Virus record (IMG/VR): IMGVR_UViG_3300030329_003470
Span: 1-64,000 of that record
DNA: 64,000 nt
Strand: one strand, 5' to 3'
Source of the DNA: a virus
Position numbers and translations under genes: made by a program. This document shows, one piece after another, positions 37,557 through 46,855 of the stretch (the stretch's first letter is position 1; every line of letters begins with the position of its first letter). Below the pieces are notes generated by a model. That model was not told the origin of the DNA. It searched no databases and saw nothing but the letters and a program-made list of their open reading frames with translations.

Positions 37557-38938
37557 TATAAGTTCGCCTTCTCTGTTGTAATACTAACATTTTGATTTGC
37601 TCTTTCAATTTTTATGTAGCCTTCAGTTACTAATTTACGTATATTTGTGACTGCTTTAGATTTATAAACATTTTTTACAGAGTCAATTGAACCTGCATAT
37701 TCCACATCACTTTCAGCAACTGTTAAATTTTTTCTTGAACCTATATCTTTATAATATATTCCAGCGGCAATCTCATCTTTAACACTATCATTTGTTGTTA
37801 CTAATTTATATGCCTCATCTGCTGTTAAAAAGTTTGTAGTATCTAATATTGGATTTGTTAGTACAGTTGTATCTTTTAATGATTTAGAATCTGCTTTACC
37901 TCTAGCATTAGCGATTGCAACTCCTGTTGCCACAGCCGCACCAACTGAGAATGCTCCAATTGGGTTTGTAATTGTTCCTGCTTGTTTGCCAATATCTAAA
38001 ACACCCTCTTTAGCAATTCCTTTTAATTCTTCTTTAACATCTTTTTTCTTAATTTTTTTAGCATTGTTATATGTGTTTGTTGCAGATAAAATTGCACCAA
38101 GTATATTACCTGACTGTACATTTCTTATCACAGATCCAACACCGTCTACAACACCTCCTGGACCAAATATAGAATTTGTACCACCACCTAATACAGTTAA
38201 AGGAGAAGGTTCATGATCATAATGTATAGATGCAAAACCTGGAACATTGTTTTTGTTTATTATTCCTGATTTGTATAAAACTGATTCATAAACAATTTGC
38301 ATAGTATTTTGCATTATACCAGTTCCATCTGCTTGATCCAAGTTGTCGTGGTTAAATGAACCAATCATTGGGTTAACAAGTGTCATTGATGTGAATCTTT
38401 GTTTATGTAAAACGAATATTTCTATTCGTTGCAAGTATGGTTTCTTTCTTTGTACAGGTGTGTCCATACCATATTTGTTTGTACGTCTGTTTGAATTGTA
38501 ATAATCATCTTTAGTATCTGATATAGTTGTATCGTTAGTCATTGATACTGAATCAGCAATATAATATTCGTAATATTTTTTCCAAAAAGCATTTACAGTA
38601 TCAGCATGATCGTCATGAAAAACAATGTTAATTGGATCATATTGTATACGTGTTGCCGCATACATTTTTTTATTGTATTGAATTTTTTCTTCCATGTTCA
38701 TACCGTATCTTGGTAAGTCACAAGATTTAACCAACATATTAAGTTCAATTCTTTCGTTATAATTTGCACTTCCCATGAACAGTGATTCGTCTGTAAAGAA
38801 CCTTACATAAAACAGAAACTTCTGTTTTGGCATCAATTTATAGTTGTCGTCTAGATATAATCTTGATGCGTGTCTGAAGTCCTTCATTCCTGGAAGACCG
38901 TCTTGAAACCCTTGTAAGAAATCGTTAATCTTTGGCAT
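37556..38938 (-). CDS. Tail-tube-like baseplate/tube initiator protein (gp48/gp54-like)
   Basis: KSCDLP...QYN.K......YDPI.I.FHDD tube-fold pattern; follows gp19; start MPKIN at 38938, 5 nt after TAAATA (track 38956). Confidence 0.55.
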   Translation of the reverse strand: MPKINDFLQGFQDGLPGMKDFRHASRLYLDDNYKLMPKQKFLFYVRFFTDESLFMGSANYNERIELNMLVKSCDLPRYGMNMEEKIQYNKKMYAATRIQYDPINIVFHDDHADTVNAFWKKYYEYYIADSVSMTNDTTISDTKDDYYNSNRRTNKYGMDTPVQRKKPYLQRIEIFVLHKQRFTSMTLVNPMIGSFNHDNLDQADGTGIMQNTMQIVYESVLYKSGIINKNNVPGFASIHYDHEPSPLTVLGGGTNSIFGPGGVVDGVGSVIRNVQSGNILGAILSATNTYNNAKKIKKKDVKEELKGIAKEGVLDIGKQAGTITNPIGAFSVGAAVATGVAIANARGKADSKSLKDTTVLTNPILDTTNFLTADEAYKLVTTNDSVKDEIAAGIYYKDIGSRKNLTVAESDVEYAGSIDSVKNVYKSKAVTNIRKLVTEGYIKIERANQNVSITTEKANL

Positions 38939-38956
38939 ACTGTTATTTATAGTCAC

Positions 38957-38983
38957 AAAAAAAGCGCCTATAAAGACGCTTTT
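38957..38983 (-). terminator. Intrinsic terminator after sheath-tube operon
   Basis: AAAAGCGTC-TTTATA-GGCGCTTTTTTT. Confidence 0.8.
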
Positions 38984-39014
38984 CCTGTATTATAAATGCT
39001 AAATTTAATTCTTA

Positions 39015-39641
39015 TTACTGTCCACCGCCAGTTGATAATGTACCAATTGTTCTTGCTACTGCTGTACCAATACCTGTACCTTGTGGTGTTTGTATTGCAT
39101 TATCGTATCTTATTGATAATGTTATTGTAGCAGGATCTGACGTGTTGTATGCTAGTGTATTGTAGTTAACGTTGTCAATGTATGCACCATATAATTCAAA
39201 TGTTTCTAATACACTTGGTGCACTTGCTCCGTTACCACCGTCAAGCATTTCAATTCTACCTGTGAATTTGTAATCAATACCAGAAGCCGCTGATGATTGT
39301 TCAAAGAAATCAAATTGTTTCTGTATTTGTTCTCCAACTAGTTTAGTAACTGAGTTGTTTACATCATCTCTTAAAGTGATAGTAATTGGCTCCCAAGTAT
39401 GTTTACCTGCAACATATACTCTTGAGTTGTATACATCTAGTGTTACTTGGTCAAAAGTCAAGTTAGGTCTCGTAATATCCATTACTTGTTTTGTTAATTC
39501 TGATCTTGGTGTTGATACTCCAAAATTTTCCAGGATTGCTCTAAAACGATATTGTAGTTTAGGCATTAATAAGCCTTGTGATGCACTACTTTGATCGTTT
39601 GCTAAAGGTACTGTAAATTTTGATAAAGTTGATATTGCCAT
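39015..39641 (-). CDS. gp19: Tail tube protein
   Basis: PKLQYRFR, AGK.TWEPITITLRDD, ELYGA, I.LSIRYDNA; directly after sheath. Confidence 0.85.
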   Translation of the reverse strand: MAISTLSKFTVPLANDQSSASQGLLMPKLQYRFRAILENFGVSTPRSELTKQVMDITRPNLTFDQVTLDVYNSRVYVAGKHTWEPITITLRDDVNNSVTKLVGEQIQKQFDFFEQSSAASGIDYKFTGRIEMLDGGNGASAPSVLETFELYGAYIDNVNYNTLAYNTSDPATITLSIRYDNAIQTPQGTGIGTAVARTIGTLSTGGGQ

Positions 39642-39664
39642 CTGTTTCTCCTATTTATCCAAAA

Positions 39665-42600
39665 TTAGTTCCCTAATTTTGCTATTTCTCCTGTGTTTTT
39701 AATTCTTAACGGTATGTATATAAATTCAACTGATTTAACTGGCTCAATTGCTATATCTACATACAATTCGTTTCTGTCTATTCTAGTAGGTGTGTTGTTT
39801 GTGTCATCACATACTACTAAGAAGTCGTACAGTGCTCTTTGTCCAACTAGTTCTAACAAGAACGATTCAATTGCTTGTTTAATTTCGTTTCTTGTTAATT
39901 CATCATTTGGTTCAAATATAAACGGTTTAGCAACTGCGTCTAATTGTGTTCTTAGATACACTGCTAGTCTTGAAACGTTAATTCTATCTAAACTTGAACT
40001 TGCTGATGTTGATGTTAAGTTACCAAAGTTAACAATTCCTGCTCCTGAGAAGAAAGTAATTGGATTAACTTTAACTGTGTGCATTGAATCTCTCACTGAC
40101 TCCGTTACAGATATTGTTTTAAACTCACCGTCACTTGCATTAATATAACCAACTGCTGTTGCGTTGTCAACTAAACCTCTTCTTGTGCCTGCTGGTGCAA
40201 ACCAAGGAAATGCTACGTTGTCGTTATTTGCAAGTGTTCTCATCATCATGTGTGATGGTGGAACTACAATAGTGTTACCACTGTTATCTGTTGTTTGTCC
40301 TGATGGATAAAACACACCCAAATAATCACTTGAACTTACAAGTCCTGCTTCACTGTTGTCAGTAGCACCTGCTGTATTATTTGCCCAGTTTGTAATATCT
40401 GTTGCTGTGCCTGCCAATCTCATTGGAGTATCACCAACAACAAATGCTGTGTTGTTTCTGTCTGTGTTTAGGCTAATCATATTTGCTATTGCTTCTGTGT
40501 AGCCTGGACAAGCAATTACGTTAAATCCTCTTTGATCTTCTCTAATCGCTTGGTTAGTATCAATCTCAGATTTTAATTGTGTCATAACAACTTTTCTTTG
40601 TGCTTTTCTACCTGCACACATAGAACCATCTGATGCGTTACCTGATTTAGTAACCCATCTGTCTGGATAGTAACCTGCAACTGTTTCGTTGCTGAATCTA
40701 ATGTTACCTAATCCTGCTGATCCTGAACTTGGATATTTTGTAGTTGTTATATAATCGTTTTTGTATTCTTTTACATTGTAACCAGAACGTCTAGTGTTCC
40801 ATAATAAAATACCTTGTGGGTAAGCATCTGGATCTGGTGCATCTGGGTCTAAGAAGTTATCGCTTAACAAGTCTTTAATTGAACTTGGATCACCTGCATC
40901 TGTTGGTTCAGTTCCAGGTTTTGACTCAGTGTTTGTATGCCATCTAGCGTCTCCAAATACAATACCATCTTCAGTTGTTTGGTCTGCTTTGTCAATTAAT
41001 TCCCAAGCCGCACCTGAAGTTGTTACTGCTACTTGATTTGAAGTATTAGTAGAACTTAAAGTTGCTGATGTGTTGTATTTGTATATTTTAGGATAGTTTT
41101 CTAAATCACTTGTATCAATCCATAAGTCTTTGTTTACAAGTGGAGTACCATCTGATTGTGTAGACGGTGCTGTTGCACTAAACTGTGGACCATTTGGATC
41201 AGTTGTTGAGTTAACATTTTTATAACCTTGCCAAGTTGTTCCGTTGTGTTCTAAAATATCTGCTTCATCAATTGAAGTGTCGTACCATAATTTACCATCT
41301 GCTGGTTGATTAGTTGGTGCACTTGTACTTGCTGTGTAAGATAATCTTTTCCAGTTACTTGCCATTACTTCGTTACCTACAGTTGAGTCTTCTGACTCAC
41401 CTGATGGAGTAATATATAAGTTGTCAATTAATGTTGTTGAATTTGCAGTGTAAGTTCCGTATGCGTGTGCTGTACTTGTACTAAATCCTGCATCTGCTAA
41501 TGGCGTTCCGCTGGTGTCGTTCATTCTAAAATCACCACCTAATTTGTGTGTAATTTTAATTGCACCTTTGTAATCACCTGAACTAATTTTTTCAGCAACC
41601 AAGTTTGTGAAGTTAGCCGCCGAGAATGCAGTTATAAAGTCATCTGCATCACCTAGTGTTGAACCATCTCCTGATACCATAGTAACTGTTTTTGCAGTGT
41701 CTAGTGCATCTTGATTTTTAAGTGATTCTCTAACTGTAAATGTTTCACTTGCTGTAAAACTTGGAAACGTAGTTTTAGATGAAATAACTGTTGTTCCGCC
41801 TTCATATCTCATAATTTGGAAATCACCAACATTTGGTGTTGTGTCTTGTTGACCAGCACCTATTGACTGTTCAGTTACGTTATATTGTGTGTATAATGTT
41901 CCAGACGCAATTGATGTTCCACCGTTAGTTGGATCTAAGTTATAAATTGCTTGATTGTTTGTTGTATATAATGGTGCCGCAACACTTGAGAAACTTGAAT
42001 CAGATGAACTGTAAAGTTTCGCAACAATGTTTGCTCCACTGTTTGCTGAAGTTGTTTTAAACCAAACTGAACCAGTTGGTCTATTTTCATCTGCTGTTTT
42101 CCAAGTAGGTCTGTTAGTGTGTTTGTCTTGCAAGAATTTCATAGTCTTGTAAGTATTTGCTGTAATTCCTAGTTCTGCTAATAATCCTGAACCTTCTTCA
42201 ACTCTAATTGTTCCGTCACCTGCTGTTGAATCACCAAATGCTCCACCGTTGTGGAATATTTCTAAGTTTCCTGATACTGAATCAATAGAAGCAGTCACTC
42301 CAGGTACATTAGCAGTATTAATTGCTGTGCTAACATTTGATAATGCAGTACCACCTGTTGTGATTAGTTGTCCATTAAGGTTGAAAGTTGCACTGTTTGT
42401 TACTGTTGTTCCTGATGCAACTGAAAATACAGGATGTGATTCGTGCCATGCTTGTGATCCTACGTGTACCCAAGCATTACTATCATTCTTGTAATATATT
42501 TTGTTAGTTACGTGTGTCGTGTTAATTGCATAATCACCTTGTGAACCATAAGAAGTTTTTGGTGCACCTGTTGTTGCGTCACCTACCAGGTCAGTAACGG

Positions 42601-43096
42601 ACGTAATTAATTTTGGTGTTTTTGCAGTAAATTTTTGATCTGTTTGCGACCACTCAAATAATCCATATGAACTTGATGCAAGGTCAAACCAATATGTACC
42701 ATCTGTTGGATCGGCAGTTGGTGCTGATGCACTTCCTACTAAATCTGATAAGTTTACATTTGCTCTTAAAACATATGCTCTGTTGGCTATGCCTAAGAAA
42801 CTGTAAGCCGCTTGTAGTCCCCACTCATTTAATTCATATCCGTGAAGTGAACTTCCTGAAGCGTCTGTGTAAAACTTTGGATCTCCAAATGTTTCTGTTA
42901 ATTCTCTTTGTGATGAAATCAAGTAAACAGTATCAGCATTTGCAGTTGTTGTTCCTGCCGCTGTACCGCTACCAGATCCCGGTAATTTGTCTTGTCCAGA
43001 TGCTACTATAAAAAGAGGTGTTGTACCCGCATCTGATGGTACATAAAAACTTTCGTTTATTACACTTACCTCTACTCCTGGTGATGTTAAAGCCAT
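39665..43096 (-). CDS. gp18: Tail sheath protein with large internal insertion
   Basis: ALTSPGVEV start; PPSH, PWFAPAG.RRG, VNPI, LDRINV.RL, FIFEPND..TR, IEPVKSVEFIYI. Confidence 0.93.
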   Translation of the reverse strand: MALTSPGVEVSVINESFYVPSDAGTTPLFIVASGQDKLPGSGSGTAAGTTTANADTVYLISSQRELTETFGDPKFYTDASGSSLHGYELNEWGLQAAYSFLGIANRAYVLRANVNLSDLVGSASAPTADPTDGTYWFDLASSSYGLFEWSQTDQKFTAKTPKLITSVTDLVGDATTGAPKTSYGSQGDYAINTTHVTNKIYYKNDSNAWVHVGSQAWHESHPVFSVASGTTVTNSATFNLNGQLITTGGTALSNVSTAINTANVPGVTASIDSVSGNLEIFHNGGAFGDSTAGDGTIRVEEGSGLLAELGITANTYKTMKFLQDKHTNRPTWKTADENRPTGSVWFKTTSANSGANIVAKLYSSSDSSFSSVAAPLYTTNNQAIYNLDPTNGGTSIASGTLYTQYNVTEQSIGAGQQDTTPNVGDFQIMRYEGGTTVISSKTTFPSFTASETFTVRESLKNQDALDTAKTVTMVSGDGSTLGDADDFITAFSAANFTNLVAEKISSGDYKGAIKITHKLGGDFRMNDTSGTPLADAGFSTSTAHAYGTYTANSTTLIDNLYITPSGESEDSTVGNEVMASNWKRLSYTASTSAPTNQPADGKLWYDTSIDEADILEHNGTTWQGYKNVNSTTDPNGPQFSATAPSTQSDGTPLVNKDLWIDTSDLENYPKIYKYNTSATLSSTNTSNQVAVTTSGAAWELIDKADQTTEDGIVFGDARWHTNTESKPGTEPTDAGDPSSIKDLLSDNFLDPDAPDPDAYPQGILLWNTRRSGYNVKEYKNDYITTTKYPSSGSAGLGNIRFSNETVAGYYPDRWVTKSGNASDGSMCAGRKAQRKVVMTQLKSEIDTNQAIREDQRGFNVIACPGYTEAIANMISLNTDRNNTAFVVGDTPMRLAGTATDITNWANNTAGATDNSEAGLVSSSDYLGVFYPSGQTTDNSGNTIVVPPSHMMMRTLANNDNVAFPWFAPAGTRRGLVDNATAVGYINASDGEFKTISVTESVRDSMHTVKVNPITFFSGAGIVNFGNLTSTSASSSLDRINVSRLAVYLRTQLDAVAKPFIFEPNDELTRNEIKQAIESFLLELVGQRALYDFLVVCDDTNNTPTRIDRNELYVDIAIEPVKSVEFIYIPLRIKNTGEIAKLGN

Positions 43097-43210
43097 TTAC
43101 GTTTCTCCTTGCAAGTTTGTACGTATACTGAAGTATTTATTCAATCATATGGATTTTACGATAAAACTTACCAATTTTTGGTACCTATATAGGCGACGTA
43201 AATAGCATAT

Positions 43211-43570
43211 ATGAATAATAACCTAAGACCTTTGTGTGTAGAGTGTAGATCTAAGCCAAGAGCATATGCTTACCAAAAAGCAGGAAAAGTGTATTGGCGT
43301 AGATTGTGTGATACTTGCAATCGTAAAAAAGCAAAAAAGAAAGTGGGAGGAGTAACTGCATTACAAAGATCAGGCTATAAAAAGAAACAAAAATGTGAGT
43401 TGTGTGGGTTTAAAGCACAAGACAAATTACAATTAGATGTGCTGTTTGTAGACGGAAATTTAAGGAATACAATTTCTAATAATTTAAAAACTGTGTGTGC
43501 TAATTGTCAACGATTAAGCAGTGTGCGTAGACTTGGCTGGCGTGTGGGCGATCTTGTTGCTGACAATTAA
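43211..43570 (+). CDS. Zinc-finger protein with degenerate HNH-like module
   Basis: CVEC, CDTC, CELC, CANC; DGN...N...NL motif present but the catalytic His positions are not His. Confidence 0.6.
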   Translation: MNNNLRPLCVECRSKPRAYAYQKAGKVYWRRLCDTCNRKKAKKKVGGVTALQRSGYKKKQKCELCGFKAQDKLQLDVLFVDGNLRNTISNNLKTVCANCQRLSSVRRLGWRVGDLVADN

Positions 43571-44119
43571 GTCATCTACTTTTTCATATAATTCATCTAG
43601 AGTACCTGTATTTTCAATAACAACGTCATAATCAGTACCTATCCAATCCCATTCAGATTTATGAAAATTGTGTGCCCACATCCAATCTCTTGTGGGTAAA
43701 TGTCCTTTATGAATACATATAATTTTTCCACCGTGTGCTTTTATTGTTTTAATTTCGTTTTGAAATCTTGTATCTGATATTACAGTTGGTTTACCTTTGT
43801 ATCTATTAATAACAGAATCAACCCATATTGCATCATACATATTTTGACGCATAACTTCAGTACCAAAATATTGTAATACCCAACGCGGAGTTACTTCTTT
43901 GCCCATTTGTTTGCTCCAAAATTCGTCTGGTTTTTCTCGCCATTCTCTGCTTTCTTTAGTATCGCCTTCAAGCATTTTTCTGTCCCAATTAAACATGGAA
44001 CTTACTGCATCTTTTAAACTTTTAGCAAATGAATCTTTTATGAAACCATGTTTTTCAACAAGTCTTTTTGCAACTGTGTCTTTACCAGAACCTATTAGTC
44101 CTACTATTCCTATAAGCAT
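43514..44119 (-). CDS. gp1: Deoxynucleoside monophosphate kinase
   Basis: GLIGSGKDT P-loop, SFA..LKD, TPR..LQ.FGTE, ISDTRFQNE, H.SE. Confidence 0.9.
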   Translation of the reverse strand: MLIGIVGLIGSGKDTVAKRLVEKHGFIKDSFAKSLKDAVSSMFNWDRKMLEGDTKESREWREKPDEFWSKQMGKEVTPRWVLQYFGTEVMRQNMYDAIWVDSVINRYKGKPTVISDTRFQNEIKTIKAHGGKIICIHKGHLPTRDWMWAHNFHKSEWDWIGTDYDVVIENTGTLDELYEKVDDLIVSNKIAHTPAKSTHTA

Positions 44120-44131
44120 TTATTGATTATA

Positions 44132-44314
44132 CTATTTTTTTAAACGTTTTTCAATGACTATTTTGGCTTCTTTTACCGCACCTAGTATCTTTTTACGTAT
44201 GTCTAATTTTTTGTTTTTTAACGCACTAATAGACATATTTTCCAAATCAGTTACAATTTGTTCTAACTCATCTAAATTACAATCTTCGTATTTTTTATAT
44301 CTTGACTCTTCCAT
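44132..44314 (-). CDS. Small hypothetical protein
   Basis: 60-aa ORF; TAAATA 7 nt upstream. Confidence 0.55.
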   Translation of the reverse strand: MEESRYKKYEDCNLDELEQIVTDLENMSISALKNKKLDIRKKILGAVKEAKIVIEKRLKK

Positions 44315-44338
44315 TTGCTCGTATTTAAAGTGGTTTGA

Positions 44339-44884
44339 TTACGAATTATATTTGCCGTGAACGGCCAAAGTTATTCTTGTAGCATTATTTAAGGGTGCTA
44401 AACCTTGGTGGAATATTTGTGAATTATATGATATTAATTTTCCTGCTTCTGGAATACATCTTTCAGTTTCCTCTCTATTATCATTGTAAAATACTGTTTC
44501 ACCACCCCATTCTTTTTCCCAATTTTTGTTTACATATAAAATAAAAGTTTTAGATTGTTGTTTTTCTTTTGGAAAATCAGAGTGAATTCCGCTGTTTAAT
44601 CCTTGTGTTTGTTTGTTAATAATAAAACGCCATGGCACAAAATTTTCACCTGCTTGTTGTTTAATTTTTTCTAATATTTCTAAAAAAATAGGATCTGGAT
44701 TGTTTTTCCATTTACAAATAAACTTGTTATCTACAAAATCTAGTTTATCAAATATATCGTAAATCCAAAAAGGTTTTTGATCTGCATTATAAGTTCGCCA
44801 AATCCATACAGGATTACTATCAAAAGCATTCCATATTTTATCTAATGTTTGTTGTGAAACAAAATTGTTTATTTGTTCAATCAC
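44339..44884 (-). CDS. 2OG-Fe(II) prolyl-hydroxylase-like oxygenase
   Basis: IHSD, LYVN..W..EWGGET, FHQG, R.TL. Confidence 0.85.
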   Translation of the reverse strand: MIEQINNFVSQQTLDKIWNAFDSNPVWIWRTYNADQKPFWIYDIFDKLDFVDNKFICKWKNNPDPIFLEILEKIKQQAGENFVPWRFIINKQTQGLNSGIHSDFPKEKQQSKTFILYVNKNWEKEWGGETVFYNDNREETERCIPEAGKLISYNSQIFHQGLAPLNNATRITLAVHGKYNS

Positions 44885-45645
44885 TATCCAATCACAAAAC
44901 TGTGTGGTGTGCCACCTTCAGCAAAGTTACCAATTTCTTGGTCTAATCTTTCAATTTCTGCAAGTCCTTGCTGTTTAAGTTCAGCACCGTTTAAAGTTGT
45001 GCCTCCTTGTGGACCAGCAATAGTATTAAATTTGCCTCTTGCTTCTCCTAGCATAGTTTTTGATACTGCAAGTGCATAATCTCTAATCCACGGTTTTGCA
45101 TAAATGTCTTTGAATAATGTTATATCAGGTCTAAAATTATCAGTATGCATTAATATAGTTTCAGAATCTGCTCTTGGTCTTTGTGTAATTGTTAACTTCT
45201 TAGTAGCAACATCAAAATGAAACTGAATAAATGAACCAAACAATTTACCTACCAATTCTTGATAACTTGCAAAGGCAAAATATGTTGCAAGTCCGCCTGT
45301 TGCACCTGCCCTTAACAAGTATGTATTTGTGTATGCTAAATTGAATGGTTCAAATAATGTACCACCTTCGCCACCTTCAGTTCTGGAACCTACGGTTCTT
45401 CTATGTAATCTTCTTACGTTTATAACTTCATCTGGTAAAATATATGTGTTTTGATTTTCTTTTAATTCAAGAAAAGCATATGATTCTTCCACCGCATTTG
45501 AACTACGTTGTCTGTATCTATTAATTGCTCTTTCTAGTGCCGTTTGATAGTGTTTAGGGTCTAATTCCACATCTATCATACCCTCACCTAGATTGTTCTT
45601 TATATAATCAAATATCTCTTGTTGACCTGTTTGAAGTTCTGACAT
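44884..45645 (-). CDS. gp13: Neck protein, gp13-like
   Basis: LG...IDVEL, WIRDYALA.SK.MLG.ARGKF..I.GP.GG.TLNG; start MSELQ at 45645 (track 45726). Confidence 0.8.
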   Translation of the reverse strand: MSELQTGQQEIFDYIKNNLGEGMIDVELDPKHYQTALERAINRYRQRSSNAVEESYAFLELKENQNTYILPDEVINVRRLHRRTVGSRTEGGEGGTLFEPFNLAYTNTYLLRAGATGGLATYFAFASYQELVGKLFGSFIQFHFDVATKKLTITQRPRADSETILMHTDNFRPDITLFKDIYAKPWIRDYALAVSKTMLGEARGKFNTIAGPQGGTTLNGAELKQQGLAEIERLDQEIGNFAEGGTPHSFVIG

Positions 45646-45685
45646 ACACATATTTATAGTAATCAAACTATCAATAAATATGTGT
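45646..45685. promoter_or_regulatory. Back-to-back late promoters forming a 12-bp inverted repeat
   Basis: ACACATATTTAT (45646-57) and ATAAATATGTGT (45674-85), each containing TAAATA 5 and 8 nt before an ATG. Confidence 0.75.
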
Positions 45686-45688
45686 GAT

Positions 45689-46855
45689 ATGCCAAGATTA
45701 TCCATTTTTAAGCCAGAAAAAGGCAACGACTATAAGTTCTTTGATCGCAACATCAAAGAGATGTTTACTGTGGGTGGAACTGACTTACACTTCCACAAAT
45801 ATTTAGGACCTTACGATCAAGGAAATACAAACAAAGATGGCCCAGCAACAGCAACACAACCACAGTATTCAGGTGATAGTCTTAACGAAAGAACCATACA
45901 AGATTTACTATTTTTAGAAAACAGAGATAGAAAATACTCTGATGATGTCTATATTATAAGAGGCATATACAACGTACAAGATATAGATTTTAATCTATCA
46001 CAATTTGGTATGTTTTTACAGAATGATACAATATTTTTAACTGTGCATATGAACGATGTTGTTGAAAGATTAGGTAGAAAACCTATGTCAGGAGACGTTA
46101 TAGAGTTCCCACACATGAAAGAAGACTATTCTTTAGATGAAAGTATACCAATTGCACTTAAAAGATATTATGTTATAGAAGATGTAAACAGAGCGGCAGA
46201 AGGATTTTCACAAACATGGTGGCCACATTTATTAAGATTAAAATTAAAAACACTAGTTGACTCTCAAGAATTTAGAGACGTAATTGGTGACGCAACAACA
46301 GAAGGATCTGTTGCCAATTACATGAGTACATATAATAGAGAAAAAACAATTAATGATCAAATTGTTGCAAATGCAGAATCAGACGCACCTAAATCAGGAT
46401 TTAATTACAAACAATACTATGTTGCACCAATCGATGAAAGAGGCAATATTAGAACTGATAATGTAAATTCAACAGATAGAGTAAGTTCAGATAAACCAAT
46501 AAATGCAACAATAGATACACCGGCGGCAAGTCATTATGGTTTCTATTTAGATGGAGATGGAGTTGCACCAAACGGTCATCCTGCTGGTTTTGGAATTTCG
46601 TTTCCAACGTCAAACATTGATAAGGGTGATTACTTTTTAAGAACAGATTATTTGCCAAATAGATTATTCCGTTATGACGGAATCAGATGGATTAAAGTAG
46701 AAGATTCTGTAAGACTAACTACAACAAACACAGATGCTAGAGAAAATTGGAAAACTAAATTTGTTAATGCTTCTGGTACAACTACAATAAACGGTTTAAC
46801 AGTTAATCAAAGACAAGCACTAACTGATGCATTAAAACCAAAGGCTGACGATTAA
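45689..46855 (+). CDS. gp14: Neck/head-closure protein, gp14-like
   Basis: IQDLLFLENRDRKY, SQFG.F, P..GDVIE.P; divergent from gp13 and upstream of gp15; start MPRLS (track 45680). Confidence 0.7.
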   Translation: MPRLSIFKPEKGNDYKFFDRNIKEMFTVGGTDLHFHKYLGPYDQGNTNKDGPATATQPQYSGDSLNERTIQDLLFLENRDRKYSDDVYIIRGIYNVQDIDFNLSQFGMFLQNDTIFLTVHMNDVVERLGRKPMSGDVIEFPHMKEDYSLDESIPIALKRYYVIEDVNRAAEGFSQTWWPHLLRLKLKTLVDSQEFRDVIGDATTEGSVANYMSTYNREKTINDQIVANAESDAPKSGFNYKQYYVAPIDERGNIRTDNVNSTDRVSSDKPINATIDTPAASHYGFYLDGDGVAPNGHPAGFGISFPTSNIDKGDYFLRTDYLPNRLFRYDGIRWIKVEDSVRLTTTNTDARENWKTKFVNASGTTTINGLTVNQRQALTDALKPKADD

